Assembly (NCBI GenBank): GCA_903889905.1
Contig: CAISZI010000047.1
Span: 16,096-80,095, forward strand
Reading direction: 5' to 3'
DNA length: 64,000 bases
Source: Candidatus Wirthbacteria bacterium
GTDB taxonomy: Bacteria > Patescibacteriota > CG2-30-54-11
Below are positions 18,732 through 29,251 of this stretch, piece after piece. How positions within the stretch are numbered: position 1 is the first letter of the stretch; each line of letters begins with the position of its first letter. The notes beneath the pieces were generated by a model that was not told the origin of the DNA, searched no databases, and was given only the letters and a program-made list of their open reading frames with translations. A program made the position numbers and the translations under genes.

Positions 18732-20378
18732 ATGAGCAGGATTTTCCCCATGTCCATTGCCCAACTTTCGGTTTACATCACGGGCGCGATTTGTCTGTTG
18801 ATCAGCTTACCCCTCACGGCACTGGTGCTGCTCAAGGATCCCAAACAAAAAAACAACCAACTACTGGCTCTGTATCTATTTAGCCACAGTATCTTTATTC
18901 AGGTCGTCGGCGTGCTCATTACTATGGCATCAAGCAACGCACACCTGTCCCGCATTTTCTATCAGGCGACGTTGTGTATCAATTTCATCTTGCCAATTTA
19001 TTCCATTTATACGGTTGTTTATCTGCGACTCCCCAGACAAAAATTGTTTTACCTGTTGACCGGTTTGTATTATCTGGTCTTTACCTATTTTTTTCTGTTC
19101 CAGTCAGGCAGTATTTCCTACCCGCTCATTTGGGACCAAAACCTCAATTACTACGCCACCAATGCTGCCAATATTCCAATCCTTTCCCTGGTGCTATCCA
19201 TCCTCGGCATGTTGTTGTGGATGTTTGGCATTATCCGCTTTGGACTGGCCCTGCGCCAGGAAAAGGTACCGATCAAACGCAACCGGTTGCGCTACCTCAC
19301 CTTTGCACCACTATTTTCACTGGTCGGTTATATTCTTGTTTCCAACAAAACAACGCATTTTCTGCCCTTTGACATGATTGGTGGCACGATCACGACGGCG
19401 CTCCTCACCTACGCCATCATCAAACACGAACTTCTGGATATCCGCGTCGTGATCAGACAATCCCTGCTTTATTCCCTGTTTGTGGCTGCCATCACCACGC
19501 TTTTTCTGGCCCTGGGTTATATCACTTCGCTCGTTTCCCAAAGCAACAGCGGCTACTTGCTTTCGCCCCAATCCTTTGTGGTGGCTTTGATTGTCGCTTT
19601 TGTTATCTTTATCCTGTACAACAACCAGCGCCGGGTCTCCCGTATTCTGGATGAAGAACGCCGTCTCAAGGAGCTGGACGAGAACATCATCATGATTGCC
19701 TCTCACAACCTGCGCACACCGCTCACGGCCATCAATGGCTACCTCGACATGCTGCAGTCCATGCCAGGCAGCACCGACGACAATGCCCGCAAAGTGATCA
19801 CCAGTCTAGCCCAAAACGTAGGACGTCTGTCCTTCACGATCAGTAAATTTCTGATGGTTTCCAAACTACGCAGTGACACCGCCATGCAGTTCGCCAATTT
19901 GGTCGAACTCAAACAGTTGGTGCAAAAAATGGCGGCGACTGTAAAGCCTCAAGCCGAGGCCAAAGGACTCCTGTTCACGCTCAAATTGCCGGAATTGGCT
20001 TTATACTGCAATGGTGATCTGCAACAGTTGGAAATGGCACTCACTATTTTGCTCGAAAATGCGATTAAATATACTGCCAAAGGTGAAATTGCGTTGTCGT
20101 TGGCAGCCGCCAACCAAAAAGCGTCGATCACTGTCACCGATACCGGATCCGGCATTGGCAAGGCAGACCAGGATAAACTTTTTCAAAAATTTTCGCAGCT
20201 AGGTGGGTTTAAAGGTCAGTACGAAGGATTGGGTCTGGGTTTGTATATTTTCAAATCGCTGATCGAAAACCATGGTGGCCAAGTGGGCCTGAACTCCAAG
20301 GCCAAACAAGGCAGCAGTTTCTGGTTTGAATTGCCACTGCAGCAACCAACGCCAGCTGAACCTGTGGCTAATCATTAG
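18732..20378 (+). CDS. Sensor histidine kinase with multi-TM N-terminal input domain
   Basis: H-box SHNLRTPL, N-box ENAIKY, DTGSGI, GLGLGL; about 9 TM helices; no adjacent response regulator. Confidence 0.9.
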   Translation: MSRIFPMSIAQLSVYITGAICLLISLPLTALVLLKDPKQKNNQLLALYLFSHSIFIQVVGVLITMASSNAHLSRIFYQATLCINFILPIYSIYTVVYLRLPRQKLFYLLTGLYYLVFTYFFLFQSGSISYPLIWDQNLNYYATNAANIPILSLVLSILGMLLWMFGIIRFGLALRQEKVPIKRNRLRYLTFAPLFSLVGYILVSNKTTHFLPFDMIGGTITTALLTYAIIKHELLDIRVVIRQSLLYSLFVAAITTLFLALGYITSLVSQSNSGYLLSPQSFVVALIVAFVIFILYNNQRRVSRILDEERRLKELDENIIMIASHNLRTPLTAINGYLDMLQSMPGSTDDNARKVITSLAQNVGRLSFTISKFLMVSKLRSDTAMQFANLVELKQLVQKMAATVKPQAEAKGLLFTLKLPELALYCNGDLQQLEMALTILLENAIKYTAKGEIALSLAAANQKASITVTDTGSGIGKADQDKLFQKFSQLGGFKGQYEGLGLGLYIFKSLIENHGGQVGLNSKAKQGSSFWFELPLQQPTPAEPVANH

Positions 20379-20383
20379 GCTAT

Positions 20384-21157
20384 TTACATCTCATAAAACG
20401 AGACAATTTTCTTTTCTGCCTCGCCTTCAATCAATGCGCATATTTCTACCAGGTCGCGGATCGAAGAGCCCTGGAGTTTACGTTTCAGCAGTTCGTCAAT
20501 CTGAAAAATACCAGCGGAATTGGTCATGACAATTTCAATCCGCACCGGCTTTTTCTCGCCCTGCAACAGCTTGACCTCCTTGATCGCAAGTGATGAAACG
20601 GAATGGATATTGACCTCTCCCGCCTCAAACGAAATCCGTGAACGCCCTTCATTCATATCCAGAGCATCCGCTACTTTGACCACGCCAGCCTCAAGCGTGA
20701 GGCATTTGGTTGCGGCCTGGTGAGCATAAATTGCGTGCAGGACCTCAGCCTTGATGATCACTTGCTCGCGAGTTGTGTAATAATCCTGAAGTAGTCGATC
20801 AATGATCGGTGGCGCCAGCATGATACTGAATTCTTCATGATTGGAGCGGTGCACGACCATCCCGATGTCATGCAGCAGCGCTGCCAAAAAGGTGACGATT
20901 TCACTGTCCGCAAAGGTCATGCCGTAATTTTTCTCAATACCCGTCTGGATGTTATTTTTGTGCAGCAACCGCAACAGTTTCAAGGCGATGTTGATGACGA
21001 TTTTAATATGCACCGGCCCGTGATCGGGCATCCCGAGTCGATCGACGGCATTGATGTTGACACATTTATACATCTGGTCCAACGATTCATCCTGCTCCAC
21101 GCGCTTCAGCAGCTTGGCTAATTTGGGATTTTTGGAGGAAGGAAGATTCAGTTCCAT
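20384..21157 (-). CDS. HD-domain metal-dependent phosphohydrolase (COG3294-like)
   Basis: DHGPVH, LLHDIGM, HE, VADALDM..GRSR, IHSVS; start ATG 21157. Confidence 0.85.
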   Translation of the reverse strand: MELNLPSSKNPKLAKLLKRVEQDESLDQMYKCVNINAVDRLGMPDHGPVHIKIVINIALKLLRLLHKNNIQTGIEKNYGMTFADSEIVTFLAALLHDIGMVVHRSNHEEFSIMLAPPIIDRLLQDYYTTREQVIIKAEVLHAIYAHQAATKCLTLEAGVVKVADALDMNEGRSRISFEAGEVNIHSVSSLAIKEVKLLQGEKKPVRIEIVMTNSAGIFQIDELLKRKLQGSSIRDLVEICALIEGEAEKKIVSFYEM

Positions 21158-21299
21158 CGCCACGCCCTCAAAATGATAGACATAATTAGTTGTAGTATAG
21201 AAACCCATTTAATCCAATGTCAACGCAAATAGTCCGGGCAGGCATCAAAAACATGGTATAATTTCACTCTATCTAGCCATTAAGTAGAATCCTATCACC

Positions 21300-22543
21300 A
21301 TGACGATGGAGCAATCGGCAGAGCAAGACCCGTTCCCAAATGACTACCTTATCAATCCCGCCGAATTCCAAAACGTTCAACAAACACTGAGAGAACTGCT
21401 GGCTGCAACAGAATTACCGCAGGTCTTACAGGATCTCAGATTTCGTTTGCTGGGATTGATCCAGCCGCACCATACCGCATCGGCTCGCCAGGCGCGAGAG
21501 GCAGCCGTAGTAACAGCGACGATGCTCCTCGTAAGTGCCTGCGGCGCCGAGCTGCCAATGCAAATTAAACCAACGCCCCAACTAACCCCGTTAGTGTTTG
21601 CGCCTGCAACACCAACACCTGAGCCAACCCGCGACCCCAACAAAAACTGCAGCAAACCCCAAGTGCCGCCAGAATACCTTGATGCGGAAAGAAGTTTGCC
21701 AATCAAGACCAAAATGCATTTATGAACATGATAGCCCGTTGTGCCATGGGCCTCTCGGACCAGCTGCCTCCGGATATCAGATGGAACGGTCAAATTGAAT
21801 TAATCCCGGGCAATGTTTCCCAAGCGTTAGTTGATCTGGAACGTAATGGCAATACTGTTGATATTCTCACCGTTCAAATGGGCCGTGATGTCTTGGACAA
21901 AGATTTGTTGCTGCGGAAGGAACTTGAAGGGAATGTGCTTGTACGGAGGGAATTCCCCAAAATCATGATCGAGTTTGTTGATCGCTGGAACACATGGGCT
22001 ACCACTGATGGTATAAATTTCTGGAATTCAGCAATCCCAGCAGTCGCTTCCTATGATGTAAAACTTAAACAACGATTTGATTCCGTCAACCAACAACAAC
22101 CATTAACGACAACATTAATGCAACCTATCGTGACCTCTGCTGGTCGAGAGCTGAATACTTATTTATCAACTGAAGTAGCGCTTTTTAATGATGTGATGGC
22201 TGCCGTTCAAAGTTTTACACCAGAAGAATGGATAAGAATAAATGGAACAAATGTTACACGCCCCTCCAATACAGGCTTAACTTGCGAGAATATCAAAGTA
22301 GTCTCTCAAGTTATTATGCTTAAAAACATGGCAAACACTTCTCTCCCCATCATGACTGCCCTGCTTTGTGACTACAAACCCAAAACATCCCAAAATCAGC
22401 TTGATGCTGGATTAAGTGGTTATGCTCGCACTAATCAATCCAATCGCCGTTTAAACAATAGAAGTAACGAGTTTGTTCCCAATCGTCAAGTCACTATCAA
22501 CCCGCAACAATCAAATCACACACAAAGACGCCAGTCTGATTAG
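21300..22543 (+). pseudogene. Hypothetical lipoprotein-like protein, probably frameshifted near 21690 (alternatively two coupled ORFs 21300-21725 and 21722-22543)
   Basis: LLVSAC lipobox-like motif then Pro/Thr linker; adding one A in GGAAAGAAG joins ...EYLDAE to KKFANQDQNAFMNMIARC; TGGTATAAT upstream. Confidence 0.45.
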
Positions 22544-22606
22544 AGCTAACACAAATAAGAACTGGTTTGGAAAGCATCACTGATTTGCATTTCTGGCGCG
22601 AATCAG

Positions 22607-23140
22607 CTAACCCCTGAAAAGTTCCGCAAACTGACTGCGGACTTTGTTCACTTTGGGAGCGATCACTAACTGACAGTAGGGTTTGCCGGCATTGACCCCA
22701 AAGTAACCCTGATGATAGTCTTCCGCCGGATAAAACTCCTGCATTGGTTGCAGTTCTGTGACGATCGGCGCAGCCAATTGACCGCTTTTTTCCAACTGTT
22801 GCAACAAGTTCATGGCTATGGCCTGCTGCGTTTGCGACGAATAAAAGATAACACTGCGGTATTCTGTTCCAACGTCATTCCCCTGACGATTGAGGGATGT
22901 GGGGTCGTGTAACTCCATAAAAACCTGCAGCAACTGCTCGTAGCGGATCACTTCTGGATCAAATTCAATCTGGACAACTTCGGCATGTCCGGTTTTGCCA
23001 CCACAAACTTGCTCATAAGTGGGATGTTGGACGCTGCCACCCGCATACCCTGAGGTAACTTTGGTCACGCCCAGCAAGTCAACAAAAATCGCTTCCAGAC
23101 ACCAAAAACAACCTCCACCCAGAACGGCGATTTCAGGCAT
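22607..23140 (-). CDS. msrA: Peptide methionine sulfoxide reductase A
   Basis: GGGCFWC, GHAEVV, HDPT..RQGNDVG..YRS, AEDYHQ; start ATG 23140 overlaps msrB end. Confidence 0.95.
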   Translation of the reverse strand: MPEIAVLGGGCFWCLEAIFVDLLGVTKVTSGYAGGSVQHPTYEQVCGGKTGHAEVVQIEFDPEVIRYEQLLQVFMELHDPTSLNRQGNDVGTEYRSVIFYSSQTQQAIAMNLLQQLEKSGQLAAPIVTELQPMQEFYPAEDYHQGYFGVNAGKPYCQLVIAPKVNKVRSQFAELFRG

Positions 23141-23516
23141 GTTTGCCCTCCTCACTGGCAGGAACGAATTTAAGGGAAAGCGAATTGACGCAATGTCTGA
23201 CATTAGTGGCCGTAAGCTGCTCACCCTCAAACACATGCCCAAGGTGCCCGCCACATTGGCGACAAATAATTTCAGTACGCATTCCATCGCTATCAAGCCG
23301 GTGCTCGACCGCTCCCGAAATTTCATCATCAAAAGCCGGCCAACCACAGTGGGCGTCAAATTTGTTCTGCGACCGATAGAGAGGGGCTTCGCACTGACGG
23401 CAGAGATAGGTGCCGCTCGCAAACCAGGCATCGTACTCACCGCTAAACGGCCGTTCTGTCGCACGGTTTAAGATTACTTCCGCTTCCGCCCTAGTTAGTG
23501 TATTGTATCGAGGCAT
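23133..23516 (-). CDS. msrB: Peptide methionine sulfoxide reductase B
   Basis: TERPFSGEY, CxxC, CGWPAF, CxxC..HLGHVF, RHCVNS. Confidence 0.95.
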   Translation of the reverse strand: MPRYNTLTRAEAEVILNRATERPFSGEYDAWFASGTYLCRQCEAPLYRSQNKFDAHCGWPAFDDEISGAVEHRLDSDGMRTEIICRQCGGHLGHVFEGEQLTATNVRHCVNSLSLKFVPASEEGKHA

Positions 23517-23628
23517 GACATTCTCACATTTAGATTATCAAAGTTGAGCCTGCCAACTATAACACTCCTTTTCTTTTGATCCAATAACGGTTTAGAATAC
23601 CGGGTGTTTGTTTTGACTGGAAAATGGC

Positions 23629-23880
23629 ATGTCCAAAATCAAAATCCTGCTCCAACAGCGCGATGCAGTATTGGCATTAAGTATCCTTATTCTGATCGTA
23701 GGTATCGATGCCTCCTTCTATGCCTTTTCCCGACAAAAATTTATCTTTGTCCCACACCTTGCACCACTCAGTTCACCTCTCGTCGCGAATCCTGCCGTGC
23801 CTGTCAGTTCCCCTGTGGCTTTGCCCGAGAGCATTGAAGCCATGCCTTTTTTCAATGGCAACGACAGCAGCACCCCCTAG
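23629..23880 (+). CDS. Small hypothetical membrane protein ahead of the ABC operon
   Basis: One TM helix and a Pro-rich tail; collinear with downstream permease. Confidence 0.4.
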   Translation: MSKIKILLQQRDAVLALSILILIVGIDASFYAFSRQKFIFVPHLAPLSSPLVANPAVPVSSPVALPESIEAMPFFNGNDSSTP

Positions 23881-23908
23881 CTTATTTGCCAATTAGTCCA
23901 GGAATCCT

Positions 23909-25066
23909 ATGTTCGCATTGTCTATTGCCAAACGGTTTATCACCCACAACAAGACACAGTCTTTTTTTATTGTCCTGGGCATTGCGGTAGGGGTAGCCGT
24001 CCAGATTTTTGTCGGCATCCTCATCGACAGTCTCCAGGCCAACCTGATCGATAAAACTGTAGGCTCTTCGCCACACTTGGTCATCAGTAATAACGTCGAC
24101 ACGGCCAACTTGAATCGCTTTGCGGACCTTGAAACACAGCTCAAAGCCGACACCCGCGTCACCAAATTTACCGCCACAGCCACGGGCAATGTCTTTGTGC
24201 TGACCCCTGACAAAGGATATCCAGCACTGATTCAAGGTGTTGAATTTACTTCCAGCCAAAACGATGTTTTTGGTTTCCAAAAAAACCTCATGTCCGGCAC
24301 ATTGCCAGCGACTGCGAGTGATGCCTTAATTGGTCAGGATTTATTGAATAGCCTCAAAACACACATTGGGCAGCTGATCAATGTCGCCGATGCCCAAGGC
24401 AACAAACACACCCTCAAAATCACAGGCGTCGTGGATACCGGCGTCCTGAGTGTCAACCAGACACTGCTCGTGACCGACCTCAAGACAGCACAGGACTTTT
24501 TTGGTTATGGCAATGACGCCGCTTCGGTCGTTGTCCAGGTCAAGGATGTGTTCAATGTCGAAAAAGTCGCTTCCAGTCTTCCCACCTCATTAGCTGGGCA
24601 ACAATTACTCGTCAAGACCTGGAAACAAACCAATGCCCAGCTGCTGAGTGCCCTGGGCGGCCAAAGTTCGTCAAGCCTGATGATCCAGATATTTGTGCTG
24701 CTCTCGGTGGTCATTGCCATCGCCTCGGTCTTGAGTATCACGGTAATGCAGAAATCCCGCCAGATTGGCATTCTCAAAGCCATGGGAATTTCAGACCGCG
24801 ACGCCATCTGGGTTTTCCTGATTCAAGCTTTTATGCTCGGCATTCTGGGCGCCTCACTTGGCCTGGCCTTTGGTTTTGGTTTGTTTGGCAGTTTTATTAC
24901 CTTTGCCAAAACCGCGGATGGTTCACCTATTGTTACGCCCTACATTCGGACAATCTTTGTCAGCCTGACCTGGCTGATTGCCGTCGTCGCCGCAACCTTT
25001 GCCGGAGTGCTGCCAGCCCGCAAATCATCCGCCTTAAATCCTATCGAGATCATTCGCAATGGCTAA
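23909..25066 (+). CDS. ABC transporter permease, FtsX/LolE family
   Basis: GIAVGV TM, large extracytoplasmic loop, [22 protein letters not shown]. Confidence 0.9.
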   Translation: MFALSIAKRFITHNKTQSFFIVLGIAVGVAVQIFVGILIDSLQANLIDKTVGSSPHLVISNNVDTANLNRFADLETQLKADTRVTKFTATATGNVFVLTPDKGYPALIQGVEFTSSQNDVFGFQKNLMSGTLPATASDALIGQDLLNSLKTHIGQLINVADAQGNKHTLKITGVVDTGVLSVNQTLLVTDLKTAQDFFGYGNDAASVVVQVKDVFNVEKVASSLPTSLAGQQLLVKTWKQTNAQLLSALGGQSSSSLMIQIFVLLSVVIAIASVLSITVMQKSRQIGILKAMGISDRDAIWVFLIQAFMLGILGASLGLAFGFGLFGSFITFAKTADGSPIVTPYIRTIFVSLTWLIAVVAATFAGVLPARKSSALNPIEIIRNG

Positions 25067-25769
25067 CATCATCGCACTGCAACAAGTCAACAAAACCTAC
25101 AAAAACGGCGCACTTGAGACGCCCGTCTTGTTTGACATTAACCTCAATTTTGCTGCCGGTTCACTCAACTCGATCATTGGCCAGTCTGGCAGTGGCAAAA
25201 CCACACTCATGAACATAATGGGTATCCTGGACCAACCCACCTCCGGTGACGTGCTGATCAACGACCAGAATATTCAAACTCTCAACAAAAATGACCTGGC
25301 CAAACTGCGCAACCAGACCATTGGTTTTATTTTCCAGTTTCATTACCTGTTGCCCGAATACACAGTGCTCGAAAACACGCTCATGCCCGCTTTGATCCGC
25401 GACCGCAAACTGACTTCCGCCGCTACCATGCGCGCCAAAGAACTGCTCGACCTGGTTGGACTGGCGAACTGGATGGATAAACCCTCGACGCAAATTTCTG
25501 GAGGCCAGCAGCAACGCACCGCCATTGCCCGTGCCCTGATGAACAACCCGGCCATCATCCTCGCCGATGAACCCACCGGCAACCTGGACTCCAAAAGTTC
25601 AGACAGCATTCATGCGCTGTTCTGCACCATCAACCGCGAATTCAAAACCACATTCGTCATCATCACCCACGACGATCGCATTGCAGCCAAAACCGAACGC
25701 ATTGTTGAAATCCGGGATGGGCGCATCCTCAACAATGCTGACAACACGCTTGTGTTTAAAAATATCTAA
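25059..25769 (+). CDS. ABC transporter ATP-binding protein, LolD-like
   Basis: [35 protein letters not shown]. Confidence 0.92.
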   Translation: MANIIALQQVNKTYKNGALETPVLFDINLNFAAGSLNSIIGQSGSGKTTLMNIMGILDQPTSGDVLINDQNIQTLNKNDLAKLRNQTIGFIFQFHYLLPEYTVLENTLMPALIRDRKLTSAATMRAKELLDLVGLANWMDKPSTQISGGQQQRTAIARALMNNPAIILADEPTGNLDSKSSDSIHALFCTINREFKTTFVIITHDDRIAAKTERIVEIRDGRILNNADNTLVFKNI

Positions 25770-25770
25770 A

Positions 25771-25792
25771 AAATCTCCATCAAATCTACATC
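25771..25792 (+). promoter_or_regulatory. 11-bp-period direct repeat (AAATCTCCATC AAATCTACATC), candidate OmpR/PhoB-type site
   Basis: 10/11 identical tandem repeat about 40 bp upstream of ATG 25834. Confidence 0.35.
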
Positions 25793-25833
25793 AATCCATT
25801 TTAAACTGCATTCCTATTACATGGAGGACTCGT

Positions 25834-26172
25834 ATGCCATCTATACCTGTTCAAACAATGGCTAAAAAGGCCAAACCAATACTGCTTGGCACTGCATTGA
25901 TCACAATAGCTCTGGCACTTTCTGCGTGTACAAACTCCAATACTGCCACCAACACCACAAACAATACTTCCAGCGCGACCCCCTCAACCACGCATCAGAT
26001 AACCTCCAATGCCACCTCAAATACCCCCACCAACACGACGAGCACCTCCTCCAGCAACACGTCCATTACCAATGACCTGAATGCCATCGATAGCCTGAAT
26101 ACCAGCCTCAACAACGATGTCCAGAGCTCACAAAGCGCGCTCAACGACCAAGCAACTAATTTAAACGAATAG
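25834..26172 (+). CDS. Small Ser/Thr/Asn-rich lipoprotein
   Basis: GGAGG SD, basic N-terminus, hydrophobic core, LSAC lipobox. Confidence 0.75.
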   Translation: MPSIPVQTMAKKAKPILLGTALITIALALSACTNSNTATNTTNNTSSATPSTTHQITSNATSNTPTNTTSTSSSNTSITNDLNAIDSLNTSLNNDVQSSQSALNDQATNLNE

Positions 26173-26180
26173 GATTAGCC

Positions 26181-26906
26181 ATGACAAAAAAAACGCTCCT
26201 CAGTACCATGCTGCTTGCGACATTGACGCTGGCGCCCATTGTCAGTTTTGCTGCTGTCACCAATACGACCATCGCTCCCAAAACCAACGCTGATGCCAAA
26301 ACTGCAGCCCAGCAAAAAACCATCGATAGCCTCAAAACGCGTGCCACCACCGAAATTGATCGACGCGTCACCGCACTCACTGCTCTGGTCACCAAGATCA
26401 GTGCGATGAAGCGACTGACCACGACACAAAAAGCCTCATTTGCCGCGGAAGTTCAATCCAACATCACGGCATTGAACGCTCTCAAGACCAAAATCGTAGC
26501 TGACACCGACCTTGCCACGCTCAAAACCGACGTCAAATCCATCGTCGATTCGTATCGCATTTATCTACTTTTTATGCCCAAAATCCATATCCTTTCTGCG
26601 GTCGATGTCGGCAGCCAGATAATCACCAAATTCAGCGACGTCATTACCAAACTGCAAACACGGATTACGGCCATAACCACGGAAAAAACCACACTGCAAG
26701 CCAAACTGGATGACATGAAAGCCAAAATAACCGATGCCACGACCCAGTTTAGCCAAGCTTCCAGAGCTGTCATTGCCCTTGATCCAACTGGCTACCCTGG
26801 CAACAAAACGCAACTTCAAGCAGCCCATCAGTTGATTGTTGCCGCCAATGCCGATCTCAAAACGGCGCGCCAGGATGCCAAAGACATTATGGCCGCGCTT
26901 AAGTAG
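26181..26906 (+). CDS. Secreted all-helical coiled-coil protein
   Basis: Signal peptide (SFA|A), EIDRR..L and YRIY..F.PK motifs, heptad character. Confidence 0.75.
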   Translation: MTKKTLLSTMLLATLTLAPIVSFAAVTNTTIAPKTNADAKTAAQQKTIDSLKTRATTEIDRRVTALTALVTKISAMKRLTTTQKASFAAEVQSNITALNALKTKIVADTDLATLKTDVKSIVDSYRIYLLFMPKIHILSAVDVGSQIITKFSDVITKLQTRITAITTEKTTLQAKLDDMKAKITDATTQFSQASRAVIALDPTGYPGNKTQLQAAHQLIVAANADLKTARQDAKDIMAALK

Positions 26907-26942
26907 GGCAACTTAACCGTCAACATTCTCTCCTTTCGCTCT

Positions 26943-26972
26943 CCAGCCCACGCCAGTTTTGCGGTGGGCTGG
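26943..26972 (+). terminator. Intrinsic terminator-like hairpin
   Basis: CCAGCCCAC...GTGGGCTGG followed by a T-rich tract, between convergent genes. Confidence 0.6.
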
Positions 26973-26998
26973 TTTGTGTTTGCGGCCAGTTTTTGGCG

Positions 26999-27835
26999 CT
27001 AAGCGGCTGAAGGGCGTCGTGTACGCAGACCAAACCATAGGCCGCCGATAACGACCACGTAACCGACATAACCAACGACCTCTAACACCGATGGATTGCC
27101 AGAGTAACCAAACAGGCTGCTCAAAATACTGCCAACCGTCCCCTGATCATGCAGCGGCGGAAAAGAGCCATCCGCATTGAGTGGCGGGTTAATATTCCAC
27201 ACATGGTAATTAGAACGTGGCAAAACAGCCGCTTCCTGATATTCGTGTACTGAATGCTCAACCAAACCAGCGGCAAAGATGAGCAGAAGCAAATTCGTGA
27301 CGACAAAAAATTTCCGCAGCGAAATATGCACTAACCCCCGAAACAATGCCAGACTAAACGCTCCCGCCAGCAACATTCCGGCAAACACACCGATCAGGTT
27401 ATTGTCTTTGGATACCAGATTTGCCGATCCCACAAACAGCACCAGTTCAATGCCTTCGCGCAAAATCGCGCTCGCAACCAGCACGAATATGCCTGTTGCG
27501 CTGGCCTTTTGGACATGCCCGGCGACTTGGTTTTCCCATCCTGCTGTATTTTTTTCATGCCGCAGTACCCACAAAATCATCGTCGTAATCATCACCGCAC
27601 CAATCAACATCACCGTGCCCTCAAAAATTTGTTCTGCCCGGCCATCAAACCCGCCCGTAAGCCGCACAAACAACCATGCGCCGGCCACACTCCCGGCAAC
27701 GCCAAAAAAGATAGCGGCATACACACTGCGGTTAAACCGCGTTTGCCCGGTACGACGCAAAAATCCCAGCACAATGCCAACCACCAAAAACGCTTCCACC
27801 GCCTCGCGGAAAGCTAGCAACAGACTAGTGAGCAT
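26999..27835 (-). CDS. FTR1/EfeU family high-affinity iron permease
   Basis: Two RExxE motifs (FREAVEA, LREGIE), HEYQEA, LFGY; about 7 TM. Confidence 0.9.
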   Translation of the reverse strand: MLTSLLLAFREAVEAFLVVGIVLGFLRRTGQTRFNRSVYAAIFFGVAGSVAGAWLFVRLTGGFDGRAEQIFEGTVMLIGAVMITTMILWVLRHEKNTAGWENQVAGHVQKASATGIFVLVASAILREGIELVLFVGSANLVSKDNNLIGVFAGMLLAGAFSLALFRGLVHISLRKFFVVTNLLLLIFAAGLVEHSVHEYQEAAVLPRSNYHVWNINPPLNADGSFPPLHDQGTVGSILSSLFGYSGNPSVLEVVGYVGYVVVIGGLWFGLRTRRPSAA

Positions 27836-27990
27836 GTTTCCCTTTGGTTAACTCATTGCAAATCACTAAAAGTATAACAGCGCCGGGAGTATCACTCAAG
27901 TCACGACTTTACCAATCCGGCGTCATAATGTTTGAAATCAACGCTTAGTTAGACGTATGATGCAGGCGATTTTAACGAGGAGGCATGTGG

Positions 27991-28446
27991 ATGAAAATAC
28001 GGATTCGCAAACCGAATCGAATCAGTCTGTATTTCTTCGGACTGTTACTTTTATTTCTGTTGAATATTTTTACGCCCTATGGCAAGTATCCATTCGGTAT
28101 CTATGCCCTACTCGGGTTTGTCATTGCCCTAATCAAGGAATTCGGACCCAATCCCTTGTCCACGCATCGTCCCAATGAGTTCTATTCCTGGACGGCTGGG
28201 GGCCCAGTACTCTTCTGTCTTTCAGATCTTTTGCGTGCCATTCCCCATGTCAGCCAAGCCTTTGTCTTGGCCATTACTGTCTACGTTGTTTATGCGTTAG
28301 TGCTCTTTGTGGCACAAATTTTTAAATTCCCTTTTTTCGTCGCCCGCCCTCGACCGACTTGGTTCAGGTACCTGACTGTGATCATGTTGATTTATATTAT
28401 CGTGCTCATTGGCATTGGTCTGTTTTACCTGTTCCCAGCTCAATGA
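27991..28446 (+). CDS. Hypothetical membrane protein (paralog A)
   Basis: GAGGAGG SD 7 nt before ATG 27991; about 5 TM. Confidence 0.6.
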   Translation: MKIRIRKPNRISLYFFGLLLLFLLNIFTPYGKYPFGIYALLGFVIALIKEFGPNPLSTHRPNEFYSWTAGGPVLFCLSDLLRAIPHVSQAFVLAITVYVVYALVLFVAQIFKFPFFVARPRPTWFRYLTVIMLIYIIVLIGIGLFYLFPAQ

Positions 28447-28528
28447 ATCTAAGCCGTCCGGGCGCCAACCCGATTTATTTCGACCTCTCGACATTTAAAT
28501 TTTTCTTCAAAAAAATGAATAACAGCTA

Positions 28529-29005
28529 ATGAAAATCCTGATTTCCAAATCAAAATTCTTTTTATGGTTAACACTCGGCGTCTTCCTGATCATGGCGGTT
28601 TTGGCAGCCCTATCAAAACCCTTTCAGCTTGTGTTTGGCCTTGTGTATATAGTTTTCTGTGTTTTTGTACTAATTCGAAAACCGACAGAATCTCCTGCCA
28701 CGGAAAAAGGACAATTTGCTGAATGGTATGGCCGGTTTAGAATCCTGGCGTGGTGTTGTTTATTCATCATCTGCTGGGTGCCCAAATCCGACACTCTCTA
28801 TCAAATTGTCGTTGGCGTGACGGTCACTGTTGTCCTGGGATTGTTTGCCGTCGCTCATGTCGCTTTTCGCTTTAATCTTTACAAACCTAAACCTTCCAGA
28901 CCCAAATCCGTGCAACGTGTCCAGAGACTATTCCTGGCATTCCAGATTTACCTGCTCATTCTGGGCTCCATTGGTGCCTATCACGTAATCTATCTTCATC
29001 AATAA
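28529..29005 (+). CDS. Hypothetical membrane protein (paralog B)
   Basis: About 5 TM; same size and layout as the upstream gene. Confidence 0.6.
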   Translation: MKILISKSKFFLWLTLGVFLIMAVLAALSKPFQLVFGLVYIVFCVFVLIRKPTESPATEKGQFAEWYGRFRILAWCCLFIICWVPKSDTLYQIVVGVTVTVVLGLFAVAHVAFRFNLYKPKPSRPKSVQRVQRLFLAFQIYLLILGSIGAYHVIYLHQ

Positions 29006-29020
29006 TCCCAAGGAATTCCC

Positions 29021-29206
29021 ATGGGCATCATCGACACCCTCAAAAAACTCGGCATCATCAAGGTCGGCGGCGACAGTTATAGCGGAAACCTCAAAGATCG
29101 TTCTGGTAGTTTCAACACCAACGACTCGTTTAACGTCAAACAACCCCAGCCACCCAAGCAAACGGAAGAGGACAAACCATCCTCGCCACCCGTTTCCGAC
29201 AAATAA
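29021..29206 (+). CDS. Small hypothetical protein
   Basis: AAGGA SD, C-ending codon bias, MGIIDTLKKLGIIKVGG amphipathic start. Confidence 0.55.
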   Translation: MGIIDTLKKLGIIKVGGDSYSGNLKDRSGSFNTNDSFNVKQPQPPKQTEEDKPSSPPVSDK

Positions 29207-29251
29207 TCCCACCGCGGGCATGGCAAGCCGTCTTACCAATACAGCAATCCT

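Noticed and set aside
23141-23464. Apparent long MsrA or MsrAB fusion
   Set aside because: The extension is an alternative frame over msrB; the two genes are separate with a short overlap
27843-27865. Fur-like box upstream of the FTR1 permease
   Set aside because: Only weak dyad symmetry (TTTGGTAACTCATTGCAAA); not enough to call
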